Shown here: positions 28,432 through 37,913 of the stretch, piece by piece
How positions within the stretch are numbered: the first letter of the stretch is position 1
Layout: each line of letters starts with the position of its first letter
Translations under genes and position numbers: made by a program
Notes under the pieces: generated by a model
Seen by the model: only the letters and a program-made list of their open reading frames with translations
Database searches by the model: none
Told to the model about the DNA's origin: nothing
NCBI GenBank assembly: GCA_963782525.1
Contig: CAWAKC010000009.1
Location: 32,001 to 96,000, forward strand
DNA length: 64,000 bases
Direction of reading: 5' to 3'
From: Candidatus Bathyarchaeota archaeon
GTDB lineage: Archaea; Thermoproteota; Bathyarchaeia; Bathyarchaeales; Bathycorpusculaceae

Positions 28432-29718
28432 TTGTTCGTCATTGAGGTAATCGTTAATATGAACATTGAATCGGCGCTTACAAGATATGTTGATTACGCA
28501 AATAAAATAGAATTAATTAAAAGAGACGTTGCTTTGCGAGAAGGGAATTTCATCAATGCGATAATAGGTCCCAGACGCTCAGGCAAAACATCTTTGATGC
28601 TATTATACATTAAAAGTCTTGACGTTGAGAAGGGCAACAAAGTATTCATCAACTGTGAAGACATAGATTTTGTAGGAATAACAGCAAACGATCTTACCGC
28701 ATTAGAAGAAGCCATATACCGAATCTACAAACCAGATATGACCAAAGACATTTACTTCTTCATCGATGAAGTGCAGACTTTTCCTGAATGGTCCAGATGG
28801 CTAAGAACCCTCTTTGACGAACGGAGATATAAGATCTTTATAACAGGCTCAACCTCAGACTTATCACTAGACAAATTGCCCTCAGAACTACGTGGCAGAG
28901 CTGTTAACACTTTGGTTCTGCCTTTTTCATTCAGGGAATACTTAAGAATAAAGAGAATAACGCCAGAAGAATACATGAAAACAGACGAGACCAGCAAAGT
29001 CGTGGGAGCGCTGTCTGAATTCCTTGATTTCGGTGGTTACCCCGAGATAGCAAAAAGTGAAGACCCTGTTTTGAAGCATACCTTGCTCTCCGAGTTATAC
29101 GCTACCGTAATACAGCGGGACCTCATAGAGAAATATGGCATAAGAAAAACCGCTGTTTTCAAAGCTTTTGTGAATTCCCTCTTCGGTTCAGCATGCAGAA
29201 ACGTATCCATACCCAGCCTTATCAGTTGGTTCGAAATGCAGGGAACAAAAATAAGTAGTGTAACCGCACTCAACTACCTGAATAATGCACAGTCAGCATT
29301 CCTTTTCTTTTTGATATATCCATATTCTAGAAAAATAAAAGAAAGAACCACCAAACCAAAGCTCTACGTTTCAGACACTGGAATACTAGGGCTTTTTGAC
29401 ACAGGCAAAGGAAAAAAACTCGAAAACACTGTGCTTGTAGAACTCATTAGAAGAAAAGAAAACATTCACTACTATAAGGCTAAGTCAGCTGATGTAGATT
29501 TTGTGCTAACTAAAGAAAACGTTCCATTTGAACTCATTCAAGTCAGCTACAGCATAAACCATCCAGAAACGTACGCGAGAGAAACTAATTCTCTTCTGGA
29601 AGCAAGCGAGAAGTTAAACTGCAACAACCTCACCATAGTTACTTTCAATGAAGAAAGAAATATCGAACGAAACGGAAAAATCATCAGAGTTCTACCAGCA
29701 TGGAAATGGCTAAAATAG
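28432..29718 (+). CDS. AAA+ ATPase (AAA_14 + DUF4143 family)
   Basis: GPRRSGKT, FIDEVQ, ITGS, LRGR, GGYPE, PKLYVSDTG, LEN, VDFV..IQVS. Confidence 0.9.
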   Translation: MFVIEVIVNMNIESALTRYVDYANKIELIKRDVALREGNFINAIIGPRRSGKTSLMLLYIKSLDVEKGNKVFINCEDIDFVGITANDLTALEEAIYRIYKPDMTKDIYFFIDEVQTFPEWSRWLRTLFDERRYKIFITGSTSDLSLDKLPSELRGRAVNTLVLPFSFREYLRIKRITPEEYMKTDETSKVVGALSEFLDFGGYPEIAKSEDPVLKHTLLSELYATVIQRDLIEKYGIRKTAVFKAFVNSLFGSACRNVSIPSLISWFEMQGTKISSVTALNYLNNAQSAFLFFLIYPYSRKIKERTTKPKLYVSDTGILGLFDTGKGKKLENTVLVELIRRKENIHYYKAKSADVDFVLTKENVPFELIQVSYSINHPETYARETNSLLEASEKLNCNNLTIVTFNEERNIERNGKIIRVLPAWKWLK

Positions 29719-30066
29719 CTAAAGCTACAGATTATTCGCCTTGCACATGGTGATTTTCATTATGTTCCAATGAGGTTGGGAACTTGCCGAGAAAACCCGA
29801 GTTTTCTGAGCATTTTGAAAGAGCTTAGAATAAACCTCCTTCTGCGAGAATAATTGCATTTTCCGCTTAGGGCCTAATTAGGTTTAATTGCTCGCCAACA
29901 TAGATTAGTGGAGAATGCTGGTGGTACGTTGAACGTAAAAGTAAAGAGGAAAAAACTATTTCTCTGTGCCTTTTTCCTTAGCTGCTTTAGGTAATTCTGC
30001 TTTATGTCAGCTTGCATTTTGGCTTCATCATTTGTGTTGTTGTTTATGGCTCATTTGGATCTTGGG

Positions 30067-31032
30067 TTAAGAGTTGTGCTCGGAGAATATTTGGGTCATC
30101 TTTTCTGCGGGCTCAACTTCCAAGCTCCTGTAATACTCAGCTACATTCGCAAAAAAGCCCCGCAAAGCTTCATTACGCATATTGCCTGCCCCTTTATTTT
30201 GGCAGAATTCGTTTGCAAAACGTGCAGCAAACCCCATGTTCCACCATTTATTTTCTTGCGCTCGTAGAATCTTCAGCGTTTCTTCTGCTTCCTTGAGGTT
30301 TTCCATTACGGGTGCCAAGGGATCATAGTCTGTTTCAACAATTTTATCCCCTTTGATTACTCTTGTCTTTCTTTTGTTTTTTGGCTGTCGGAGTATGAGC
30401 CATCTTTGGTTCCTCAGATCATTGACTTGCTTTTGAGTACTCTTAATAAGTCGCATGGCACCCATGGGAAATGGTTGCAGGTCATTGATAATTTTGGCTT
30501 GCCATATTAGGGTCTTGAAGATTTCGTGGCCATATTTTTCTTTTAGCCAGCGGATTTCACTGAATAGCGGGTAGTGGAGTGTTTTGCCGTATATTTCTAA
30601 AAAAACCGCGATTTTTTCGAGCTCTTTGTGGTATTTCTCTTCTTCTTTTTCCTGTCGTTTTTTGTAAGCCTCTATTGTTTCATATTTGTGCAAGGGGCTT
30701 ATGCTTGACGGCTCATGAATTATTTTATTTGTCTTGTTGATTTCTGATTCAGTATTGTTTTCTGATTCGTTTTTTTCAAGGATTGTGATTGAAGCGAGGT
30801 GTGCTACAATGCCTTTGAATGTTAATCCGTAGAGTTTCAATTCTTTGTTTCTTTCTGAAGTGGTTGTACCAACGGTTATTGCGTATCCGTCTTTTTCTAA
30901 TAGAGAAATTGCGTCGGAAACTCGAGGGTATTTGATGTCCAATGTTTGTTTGAGTTCCCATTTGGTCATGGGTTTGGTTGCTAGTTTGTTTAGAATTTTG
31001 TTTGGGTTTTTCATTTCTATTATTGTAGCCAT
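30067..31032 (-). CDS. Winged-helix plus coiled-coil protein, probable repressor of the replication operon
   Basis: MTKWEL...Y.RV..AI..LEK.G....KLYGLTFKG; divergent from the RHH-primase operon. Confidence 0.7.
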   Translation of the reverse strand: MATIIEMKNPNKILNKLATKPMTKWELKQTLDIKYPRVSDAISLLEKDGYAITVGTTTSERNKELKLYGLTFKGIVAHLASITILEKNESENNTESEINKTNKIIHEPSSISPLHKYETIEAYKKRQEKEEEKYHKELEKIAVFLEIYGKTLHYPLFSEIRWLKEKYGHEIFKTLIWQAKIINDLQPFPMGAMRLIKSTQKQVNDLRNQRWLILRQPKNKRKTRVIKGDKIVETDYDPLAPVMENLKEAEETLKILRAQENKWWNMGFAARFANEFCQNKGAGNMRNEALRGFFANVAEYYRSLEVEPAEKMTQIFSEHNS

Positions 31033-31166
31033 TTCATTAACCTACTATGCTTTTTTTAAGGCATGTCTCACTATACGTTTTTTCATCTCAGTTATGGGAT
31101 ACACTGTATAATAATAAGGTTGCCAATAAACCCCACGGTTGAAAACCAACTAAGGAAGAATCAAAA

Positions 31167-31373
31167 ATGTATGACTTAAATGAAATTGAAAGAACAAAAA
31201 CGGTTGGAGCAAGAGTGACACCACGATTTGCTCAAATCATGGAAATATGTCGTCGCCAAGACGCTTACCAAACCCGCTCAGACTTTATCCGAGAAGCGTT
31301 AATGGAAAAGCTTCAGCGAGACGTACCTGATCTCTGCAAGCGCTATTTTGGCTGGAGGCAAAAAAATGAATAA
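31167..31373 (+). CDS. Ribbon-helix-helix (CopG-like) protein
   Basis: TVGARVT.....I.....YQTRSDFIREAL.EKL. Confidence 0.75.
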   Translation: MYDLNEIERTKTVGARVTPRFAQIMEICRRQDAYQTRSDFIREALMEKLQRDVPDLCKRYFGWRQKNE

Positions 31374-31722
31374 TCATGTGGAATTTTTAGTAAAACTTCG
31401 AGACTCCAGCCAACAGCTCGCCGATGCAGCAAACCAGTACATACAAACCTTAGCGCCGCCAGAGCTGAAGCTAGGACTCATCGCTGCTAATGAGTTTAAA
31501 TTTTTACCCCTAAAGTTTGAGCCGCAGAGGGGCGCTAAACTTGGCGACTTTGAAATCGCCCACAAAGCAGCCAACATAGAAGCCCAATGGCAAACCGCCT
31601 ACAATATCCTAAAAAACAGCAATGCGACCATAAAAGACCGCTACCATGACGACACCTACCAGTACAGCTACTGGCTTTTTGGGCAAGATAAGATTTTTCG
31701 ACAGAAACTGAAGCCCAAATGA
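31348..31722 (+). CDS. Hypothetical protein of the replication operon (start possibly ATG 31366)
   Basis: GGAGG upstream of MNNHVEFLVKLRD; operonic position. Confidence 0.65.
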   Translation: MAGGKKMNNHVEFLVKLRDSSQQLADAANQYIQTLAPPELKLGLIAANEFKFLPLKFEPQRGAKLGDFEIAHKAANIEAQWQTAYNILKNSNATIKDRYHDDTYQYSYWLFGQDKIFRQKLKPK

Positions 31723-31734
31723 GGTGCAATTTCT

Positions 31735-32070
31735 TTGAAACCCTATCGAGCCTGGGCTCAGTTAAATTGGGATGCAAAAGAAGAATGGCGAGACGTTTTT
31801 CCAGATGGCAAGATCCCGATTAAACCATTTACCGCTCAAGCAGTCCGGTTCGATGGGTTTAGGGATCCAGAGTCTGTTTTTTGTGTTGATTGGAATTTTT
31901 TGGCTGATTGGCAGCGTGATGCGTTTCTAAAAAAGTTGAGCGAAGATGGGTTGATGAAGTTAGTGGTTGAAAGCGGGCAGGGTGTATGTTTTTTGTTTGG
32001 TCGTAGCCAGGTGTGTTTGTTGGGTGTTGGCAAGGTTACTTTTTGGGGTAGAGGGGAGGTTTTGATTTGA
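31735..32070 (+). CDS. Hypothetical protein of the replication operon
   Basis: GAGGTG upstream; 4-nt overlap with the primase gene. Confidence 0.55.
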   Translation: MKPYRAWAQLNWDAKEEWRDVFPDGKIPIKPFTAQAVRFDGFRDPESVFCVDWNFLADWQRDAFLKKLSEDGLMKLVVESGQGVCFLFGRSQVCLLGVGKVTFWGRGEVLI

Positions 32071-34697
32071 CAATTGTTTTTGATGCAGAGCAGCTCTATG
32101 CTCTCAAGCGTGCTCATCCTGACTGGGTTTTGTTGTTGGGAGATAAGTCGAAGAATCCCAGTCGGCTTGTGGGCGCTTGGAAAGACTTAACCAGCCAGTC
32201 ACTTGGGGATTTGGAGGCGCTTGTGGCTAAGGCGCAGGGTGGTGAGGTGGAGGCTTGGAATTTTGGTCCACGAACAGGTATGGGCGGGTTGGCTTGTTTG
32301 GATTGGGATTGGGAATTCTTGGCTTATCGGTGGAGTAAGCGTTTTGGTGATCGTGCTAAAACTTTGACGTTTCGAACGCCCAACATGGGTTACCGCATGC
32401 TCTACACCACCACCGAGAAAGAGAACAGCAGCCCGTTTAAGCGTGTGTTGCATATGGAGTTTGAAAACGGCGGCTACGTTGCGGTAGGTGGCTTTGCGGA
32501 GGATTGTGAAGGAAACAAGCAACCCTACGTGCGGGTGACAGATGCGCCCATACGGGTCGATAATTCGATTATTGCTGATACTAAGGTGTTTTTGGGTGAG
32601 CAGCTTTTGCGGTATGATTTTTTGTGTTTTAACTGCATAGGCGCTGTTGTGGATCGGAAGCATGTTCGTTTGGATCATTTTCAGCGGTTGGCGTTTGTGC
32701 AGTTTATGGTTGCGGGGGATTTTTTGGATGATGAAATTCATGATTTCTTCAAAACCGTTTATGGGTCAGAGGGCAAGCGGGATTACGATTGTGGCATAAC
32801 TCAAGCGCAGATTGTTAGTGCTCGTGGTTTTCATGAGCGAGGGGGTAAACCGCATCCTTGTAGTGCTAAGATGAATGCGGAGACGGGGCATGTTAGTACG
32901 CCGTTGTTTCAGGTTTTTGGAGGTACCCAAGATAGATGCGTTGGATGCATCCGTAAGCTCCAAGCTAAAACTGGCGCCGCAGACGTTAAGGAGCAAAAAC
33001 TCGAGCAAGTCCTCGAGCGCCTGCGTAGCGAATACACGTTTAAAACGCCGATGGATCTGCGTGATCTCCACTATTACTGTGAGGGCATCTACAAGCCGGC
33101 TGAATGTTTGGTGGAGGGGTTGCTTGAGCGTGAGTTGGGTGCTTCGGCGAGTAGTCATTTTGTTTCTGAGGTTTTGGAGCATCTGCGAAGAGGAAGTTTT
33201 GTGGATCGAGCGGAGTTTAATCGGTTTTTGGGGTTTGTTCCTGTGGAGAATGGGCTTTTGGATTTGAAGACTTTGGAGCTCAAGCCCTTTGATGCTGAGT
33301 TAATCTATACTTACAAGCTCAATGTACATTTTGATGGTTCCGCTAAATGCCCCAAATGGTTAGCATTCCTATTGCAAATATTACCTGTGGAAGATCATGC
33401 GCTTCTGCAAGAGTACATGGGCTATTGTCTTTTGCCAGTTATGCCAAAGCACAAGATGATGTGGTTCTACGGCGGTGGCAGGAACGGGAAAGGCAGAGTA
33501 ATCGCAACCTTGGAAGCTATCGTGGGAGGGGAAAACTGCTGCTATTTGGAGCTTGGAGAGTTAGATGGTGAGCACCGCTTCTCCGTAGCTCAACTCTATG
33601 GAAAACTGGTAAACGTATGCAGTGAACCCTCGACAGCAATTGCATTGCAGACTGCGCTGTTAAAGAAGATCACGGGGGAAGACAGTTTAGATGCAGAAGT
33701 CAAGGGTAAGCAAAAACGGATAAGCTTTCGTAATGTGGCAAAAGTGTTCGTTTTAGGTAATGAATTTCCTAAAGTTAAGGACTCGAGTGTGGCGTTTCAA
33801 GAGCGGACATTAATCTTGCGTTTTCCAAATTCGTTTACGGGCAAGGACCAAGTTGATGACATAGAGCAAACTTGGCTAAGCGACGCCGGGGAGGTTTCGG
33901 GGATTTTTAATTGGATGCTTTGTGGTCTTCATCGTCTTTGGGAAAACAACGATTTTTCTGTTAGCAAGAGCACCCAGGAAGTTATGTTGGAATTCAAGCG
34001 CACCTCTGATCCGATAGGCGCCTGGATAGAAGATAACTGCATTTTTGATTTGGAAGGGTATGTTTCAAGGAGGGCAGCCTTTGAAGACTACAAAAACTAT
34101 GCCGATTTGGAGCTTGGGAAACCTCCAGAAACAGAACGCCGATTCTATCAGCGGCTGCGAGATACTCCAAAGGTTAAGGATTATGAGACCAGCAGGGAAG
34201 GCCGAGGCTTTAAAGGCATACGACTCAAGATTTCAAACGATCAACCAGTTGAGAACTACCAAACACAACTAAATGCCACCACAACTACCACAGTTACCAC
34301 AGATAATTTTAGCTGCCAAAAAAATCTGAGCTCCGCTGGCGAAAAATTTTGCGATGATCAAAAACCTGCGATATCTGCGGTAGCTGAGGCAGCCGACCAA
34401 AAAACAAAACTGAAAGAAGAAGAGGGCTCCGTGCAGCAACCTTCTTCTTTTGGAGAGGTACCGGTTGAACCTAAAGGGACCGCACTTATGATGGCTGAGC
34501 CAATCCACTACCACACCCTGGCCCCAAATGAGCCTCATCCATGCGACAAATACGGCTGCGTACGAGAAGCCAGATACCAACTTGGCAACGGTTTTTACTG
34601 CCATGATAAGGCGGTTAGCCATTTTTCTGAGGTTGCAAACAAATGCCGAAAAGAAGGATTCCAGTTAATTGAGGATGTGCAAACGTTTGATGTTTAA
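32067..34697 (+). CDS. Plasmid/phage primase-helicase: Prim-Pol, PriL/PriX-like helical domain, D5_N, SF3 helicase, Cys/His tail
   Basis: LACLDWD (DxD), GGYVA, H..R..F..DEI..FF..DYD..IT..QI..PC, VENGLLDL, Walker A GGGRNGKG, LKKITGED..AEVKGK. Confidence 0.9.
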   Translation: MTIVFDAEQLYALKRAHPDWVLLLGDKSKNPSRLVGAWKDLTSQSLGDLEALVAKAQGGEVEAWNFGPRTGMGGLACLDWDWEFLAYRWSKRFGDRAKTLTFRTPNMGYRMLYTTTEKENSSPFKRVLHMEFENGGYVAVGGFAEDCEGNKQPYVRVTDAPIRVDNSIIADTKVFLGEQLLRYDFLCFNCIGAVVDRKHVRLDHFQRLAFVQFMVAGDFLDDEIHDFFKTVYGSEGKRDYDCGITQAQIVSARGFHERGGKPHPCSAKMNAETGHVSTPLFQVFGGTQDRCVGCIRKLQAKTGAADVKEQKLEQVLERLRSEYTFKTPMDLRDLHYYCEGIYKPAECLVEGLLERELGASASSHFVSEVLEHLRRGSFVDRAEFNRFLGFVPVENGLLDLKTLELKPFDAELIYTYKLNVHFDGSAKCPKWLAFLLQILPVEDHALLQEYMGYCLLPVMPKHKMMWFYGGGRNGKGRVIATLEAIVGGENCCYLELGELDGEHRFSVAQLYGKLVNVCSEPSTAIALQTALLKKITGEDSLDAEVKGKQKRISFRNVAKVFVLGNEFPKVKDSSVAFQERTLILRFPNSFTGKDQVDDIEQTWLSDAGEVSGIFNWMLCGLHRLWENNDFSVSKSTQEVMLEFKRTSDPIGAWIEDNCIFDLEGYVSRRAAFEDYKNYADLELGKPPETERRFYQRLRDTPKVKDYETSREGRGFKGIRLKISNDQPVENYQTQLNATTTTTVTTDNFSCQKNLSSAGEKFCDDQKPAISAVAEAADQKTKLKEEEGSVQQPSSFGEVPVEPKGTALMMAEPIHYHTLAPNEPHPCDKYGCVREARYQLGNGFYCHDKAVSHFSEVANKCRKEGFQLIEDVQTFDV
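34278..34390. other. Candidate replication origin inside the primase gene
   Basis: Three direct 9-mers (ACCACAACT, ACCACAGTT, ACCACAGAT), a 59-bp A/T-tract spacer, then three inverted 9-mers (reverse complements ATCGCAGGT, ACCGCAGAT, GCCTCAGCT). Confidence 0.55.
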
Positions 34698-34718
34698 TCG
34701 TTTGATTTTGAAGGAACC

Positions 34719-34868
34719 TTTGTTTGATAGAAGAAGACAGTTAGTTGCACCACTGCAGCGGAGTTTGTGTTTTGGGTTGCTTTTTTGGTTTGGGGTTTGC
34801 AGCGTTTTCTGGTTGCGTCTTTGTCCGTCGCTATATGGTTGGGTAAGGTTGTCTTTGGAGGTGTTTTT
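34719..34868 (+). repeat. G/T-rich island repeat, copy E
   Basis: Directly follows the primase stop; near-identical to copy D. Confidence 0.9.
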
Positions 34869-35147
34869 GTGCCCTTAACTGGAAGAGTTGTCTTCAAAAC
34901 CCGCCTGCAGCGAGGCGACAGATTGCAAGTTAACAAGTACGTGAGATGGCGCTACAAGCTTGAATCCAATCAGTTCCTATCTGTTCGAGTACAATTCCTA
35001 GGCATCTGGGATTCATCAGGAGACTTTTTGTGTAGAATGACCAAAGACGGAAGAATAGTAATCCCCAAGCTCACAAGGGCATGCATCAAAAAAGGAAAAC
35101 CCAACTTAGACGGCAACATAGTAGAAGTCACCCTACAACCCTTCTAA
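34869..35147 (+). CDS. 92-aa tandem AbrB/MraZ-like protein, copy 2
   Basis: Same length and motifs as 28052..28330. Confidence 0.75.
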   Translation: MPLTGRVVFKTRLQRGDRLQVNKYVRWRYKLESNQFLSVRVQFLGIWDSSGDFLCRMTKDGRIVIPKLTRACIKKGKPNLDGNIVEVTLQPF

Positions 35148-35478
35148 CATACGAAAATTAGTATCTGATATGACAACGGAAAGTAAAGTTCAAAAGAAAG
35201 AATGCGCAAAGACGGAAGATTCTATTTCTTGAATGTGTCTCTTGAACCTTCTTAATATAACAAAGCATCAAAAAATTGAGGAGATGTTACTTCAGACAAG
35301 AGTGGAATTTTGTGTATTTTTTCTATTAATCTATCTTTTATCGCCTTGAGGCTTTAGAGCAAGTAGTTAATTGCCCGAAGCTTTAAAAAATTGTTTGGTA
35401 ACAGCGTCTTTTTTAGAAAGATATGGGGTTTCCCCAAAGAATTAATAGTAAGAATAGTTTACTTTCATACTGATAGAT

Positions 35479-35743
35479 ATGACCGCTGAAGAACCTGAAG
35501 TTACCACAATAAGCGAGAAAGGACAAGTAGTTATACCACAGTCCATACGCAAAGAACTGGGAATAAAACCGAAAAACAAATTCTTAGTCTACGGCAAAGG
35601 CGACACAATTATCATGAAAAAGCTACAGCTACCAAGTCTAAAAAAAGAGTGGGAAGATATCTTCGAATTAATGGATAAAAAAGCCTTGAAGATCAGATAA
35701 AGAAATACAAAAAGAAGTAGCCGCTGCTCGAAAAGCCAAATAG
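35479..35743 (+). pseudogene. AbrB-type antitoxin with a 3' frameshift
   Basis: TTISEKGQVVIPQSIRKELGIKP; the tail SDKEIQKEVAAARKAK* lies in another frame. Confidence 0.75.
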
Positions 35744-35748
35744 ATGAT

Positions 35749-36170
35749 ATAATACTCAGAGTAGTCCTCGACACCAACGTTCTTGTTAGCGCAATAATTT
35801 CAGATGGAAAACCAAGAGCACTCCTAAAGAAAGGAATAGCAGACCAATATTCGATTTTAATTTCTGATCCAATCCTAAAGGAGTTAGCAGTCGTTCTAAA
35901 ACGACCAAAATTTAAAGTCACCGAATACGAAGTTCAAAGAACCATCCTTGCTGTCATCAGAACCGCTGACACAATAAAGTTAAAAACAAAAATAAAAGCA
36001 GTAAAACAAGACCCCAGGACGATATGATCATCCAAACGGCAATTGATGGAGAAGCAGACATCATATTGACCGGAGACAGACATATACTATCGCTTGAAAC
36101 ATTCAACGAAATCAACATAACAACCTTGGAAAAAATGCTAGCGACCTTAGAAAGAAAAGAAACCGTATAA
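35749..36170 (+). pseudogene. vapC: PIN-family toxin with no ATG and a frameshift near 36015
   Basis: LRVVLDTNVLVSA..ELA.VL.RPKF..DP/DDMIIQTAIDG.AD.I.TGD.H.L.L. Confidence 0.8.
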
Positions 36171-36223
36171 CGAATAAATAAAGAAGTTGAGCTATCTTCC
36201 TAATCTAAGAATAGGTTCTTCTA

Positions 36224-36613
36224 TTAGATCCATATTGTTTCGATTTCTTTGATCTGCTCAAAATGCGGATCGTCTGAAATGCAGACTGCCTTAAGCACGA
36301 AGGCTGTGGCGGCAATCATGCTATCACCCATGGATAGAGCATATTTATGCCTAAATTCAGCCGAAAGCTCAGCGATTTGTTGATCGACCGCAATAACTTT
36401 GAAGTCTTTCTGAATGAGAGCTACCTTGAGCTTTGCTATTTCTCGCCCTTCTCGCTTGATAGCATGTCTATATATTTCATGGATTACAATAGCCGAAGTG
36501 AATTTTTCCTTTTTAAGTTTCTGGGATAGTATTTTTCTTTGGAAAGACGCATCTGTCGAATAGAATAGCTCTACAAAGAACCTAGAGTCATAGACTGCTT
36601 TATTCATCTTCAT
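36224..36613 (-). CDS. vapC: PIN-domain toxin (VapC)
   Basis: VYDSRFF, IHE, LSMGDSMIAATA, ISDDPHF. Confidence 0.9.
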   Translation of the reverse strand: MKMNKAVYDSRFFVELFYSTDASFQRKILSQKLKKEKFTSAIVIHEIYRHAIKREGREIAKLKVALIQKDFKVIAVDQQIAELSAEFRHKYALSMGDSMIAATAFVLKAVCISDDPHFEQIKEIETIWI

Positions 36614-36836
36614 CTTGATGCCGCAGTGCGTCTAATTCTTTTTTTACCTCTTCGACGGTTCCAAACTCTGAGTATGCTCCTATAACATCCCATATTGATT
36701 TCACAGGCTTGAGGAGTAATCCTTCGTCTGTTATTATTACCTGAAGCCGTGTTCCTTCTTCTATTTTGAGTTTTTTACGGATTCTGACTGGAATAATTGT
36801 CTGACCTTTCTTTTTTACGACAATCTCTGTTTCCAT
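36600..36836 (-). CDS. vapB: AbrB/MazE-type antitoxin
   Basis: VKKKGQTIIPVRIRKKLKIEEGT. Confidence 0.85.
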   Translation of the reverse strand: METEIVVKKKGQTIIPVRIRKKLKIEEGTRLQVIITDEGLLLKPVKSIWDVIGAYSEFGTVEEVKKELDALRHQDEDE

Positions 36837-36849
36837 CTTTTATCCCAGC

Positions 36850-36871
36850 ATTACTTCTATTTTGAAGTAAT
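36850..36871. promoter_or_regulatory. Palindromic operator upstream of the abrB-vapC pair
   Basis: ATTACTTC-N6-GAAGTAAT perfect inverted repeat about 14 nt before the start codon. Confidence 0.55.
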
Positions 36872-36986
36872 TAAAAGTTATCTAATCGAGTAAAAGCTTG
36901 CGTTTGTTAGCTCGTTCAAAAGAACTATATGGAAGGTTTTTTATTAATCGAGATTCCCCAACATTTTGACGAGCCGGAAGGATAAC

Positions 36987-37129
36987 TTGTTTGATGGAAT
37001 AACAACACGTCTGCCGCAAAAAAATGGGACTTGCTTTGGATTGCTTTTACTTGGTGGGGTCTGGAGTTTTCTTTGGTTGGGTCGATAAACGTCTGGGTGC
37101 GGTTGCCAAAGTCAATTGGGGGTTGTTAG
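36987..37129 (+). repeat. G/T-rich island repeat, diverged copy F
   Basis: TTGTTTGATGGAATAACAACAC..TGCCGCAAAA..TTTGGATTGCTTTT; same position before a tandem-AbrB gene. Confidence 0.65.
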
Positions 37130-37408
37130 TTGCCGTTGACTGAACGCGTATCCTTTAAGACCAGGTTGCAGCGGGGAAATCGAGTGCAAGTTCCAAAATA
37201 TGTGAGATGGTACTACAAGCTAGAACCGACTCAGATCTTTGAGGTTACAATCCGTGTTCTTGGGGTCTGGTGCTCTGGGCAGAGTTTTCTTTCCAGAATG
37301 ACCAAAGACGGAAGAATAGTAATCCCCAAACTCACCAAGGCATGCATCAAAAAAGGAAAACCAAACATAGACGGCTACCTAGTAGAAGTCATCCTACAAC
37401 CCTTCTAG
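37130..37408 (+). CDS. 92-aa tandem AbrB/MraZ-like protein, copy 3
   Basis: MPLTERVSFKTRLQRGNRVQVPKYVRW..RMTKDGRIVIPKLT. Confidence 0.8.
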   Translation: MPLTERVSFKTRLQRGNRVQVPKYVRWYYKLEPTQIFEVTIRVLGVWCSGQSFLSRMTKDGRIVIPKLTKACIKKGKPNIDGYLVEVILQPF

Positions 37409-37414
37409 CATACG

Positions 37415-37625
37415 AAGAGTTTGAGTTAATTGAAGATGCAGATACTTAATGGTTAATCATTCGATTCCAGAATTATTGTCTGTTAGAAGAACAACACTTG
37501 TTGCTGCAAAATATAGAGGGGTTTGTTTTGGGTTGCTTTTCTGGTTTTGGCTTTAGGGCATGATTTGGATGCGTCTTTGCGCGTCTTGGAACGTCTGGGA
37601 AAGGCGGATTGTTCTGGTTCCTACT
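37415..37625 (+). repeat. Last codons of the primase (FELIED) plus island repeat copy G
   Basis: GAGTTAATTGAAGATG matches the primase 3' end; followed by GGGGTTTGTTTTGGGTTGCTTTTCTGGTTTTGG..TTTGGATGCGTCTTT. Confidence 0.75.
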
Positions 37626-37913
37626 GAGAAATAACTCTAAAACCTTTTAGCAATCGATTATCAAAAATTAGGGAAGTATTTTGTTTCATAAAAAACCTAA
37701 TCTACCTGAAACCATGCGGCAAAGCTAAAGATTTTTAATAGACAAGTGCAAGATTCTTGGTTAAGCAAGCTTTCGAAGCGAATCTGAGCTACTGTTTGGC
37801 GCGGGTTGTGTTTAAAGAACAACACCCTTTTGATGATGGTCTTATTGTTATTGAGGATTTTGTCTGAAAAGAATTAAAAGGCGCTTAAACAGTCTATTAC
37901 TTGGTGCATTCAG

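Noticed and set aside
29765-29860. Possible IS630 remnant (MLRKLGFSRQVP on the minus strand)
   Set aside because: Only about 12 residues of resemblance, with no terminal repeats or DDE domain.
21825-37625. Island repeats as a CRISPR array or classical attC sites
   Set aside because: Units are over 100 bp, degenerate and kilobases apart. There is no cas or intI gene, and no convincing paired RYYYAAC/GTTRRRY ends with an internal palindrome.
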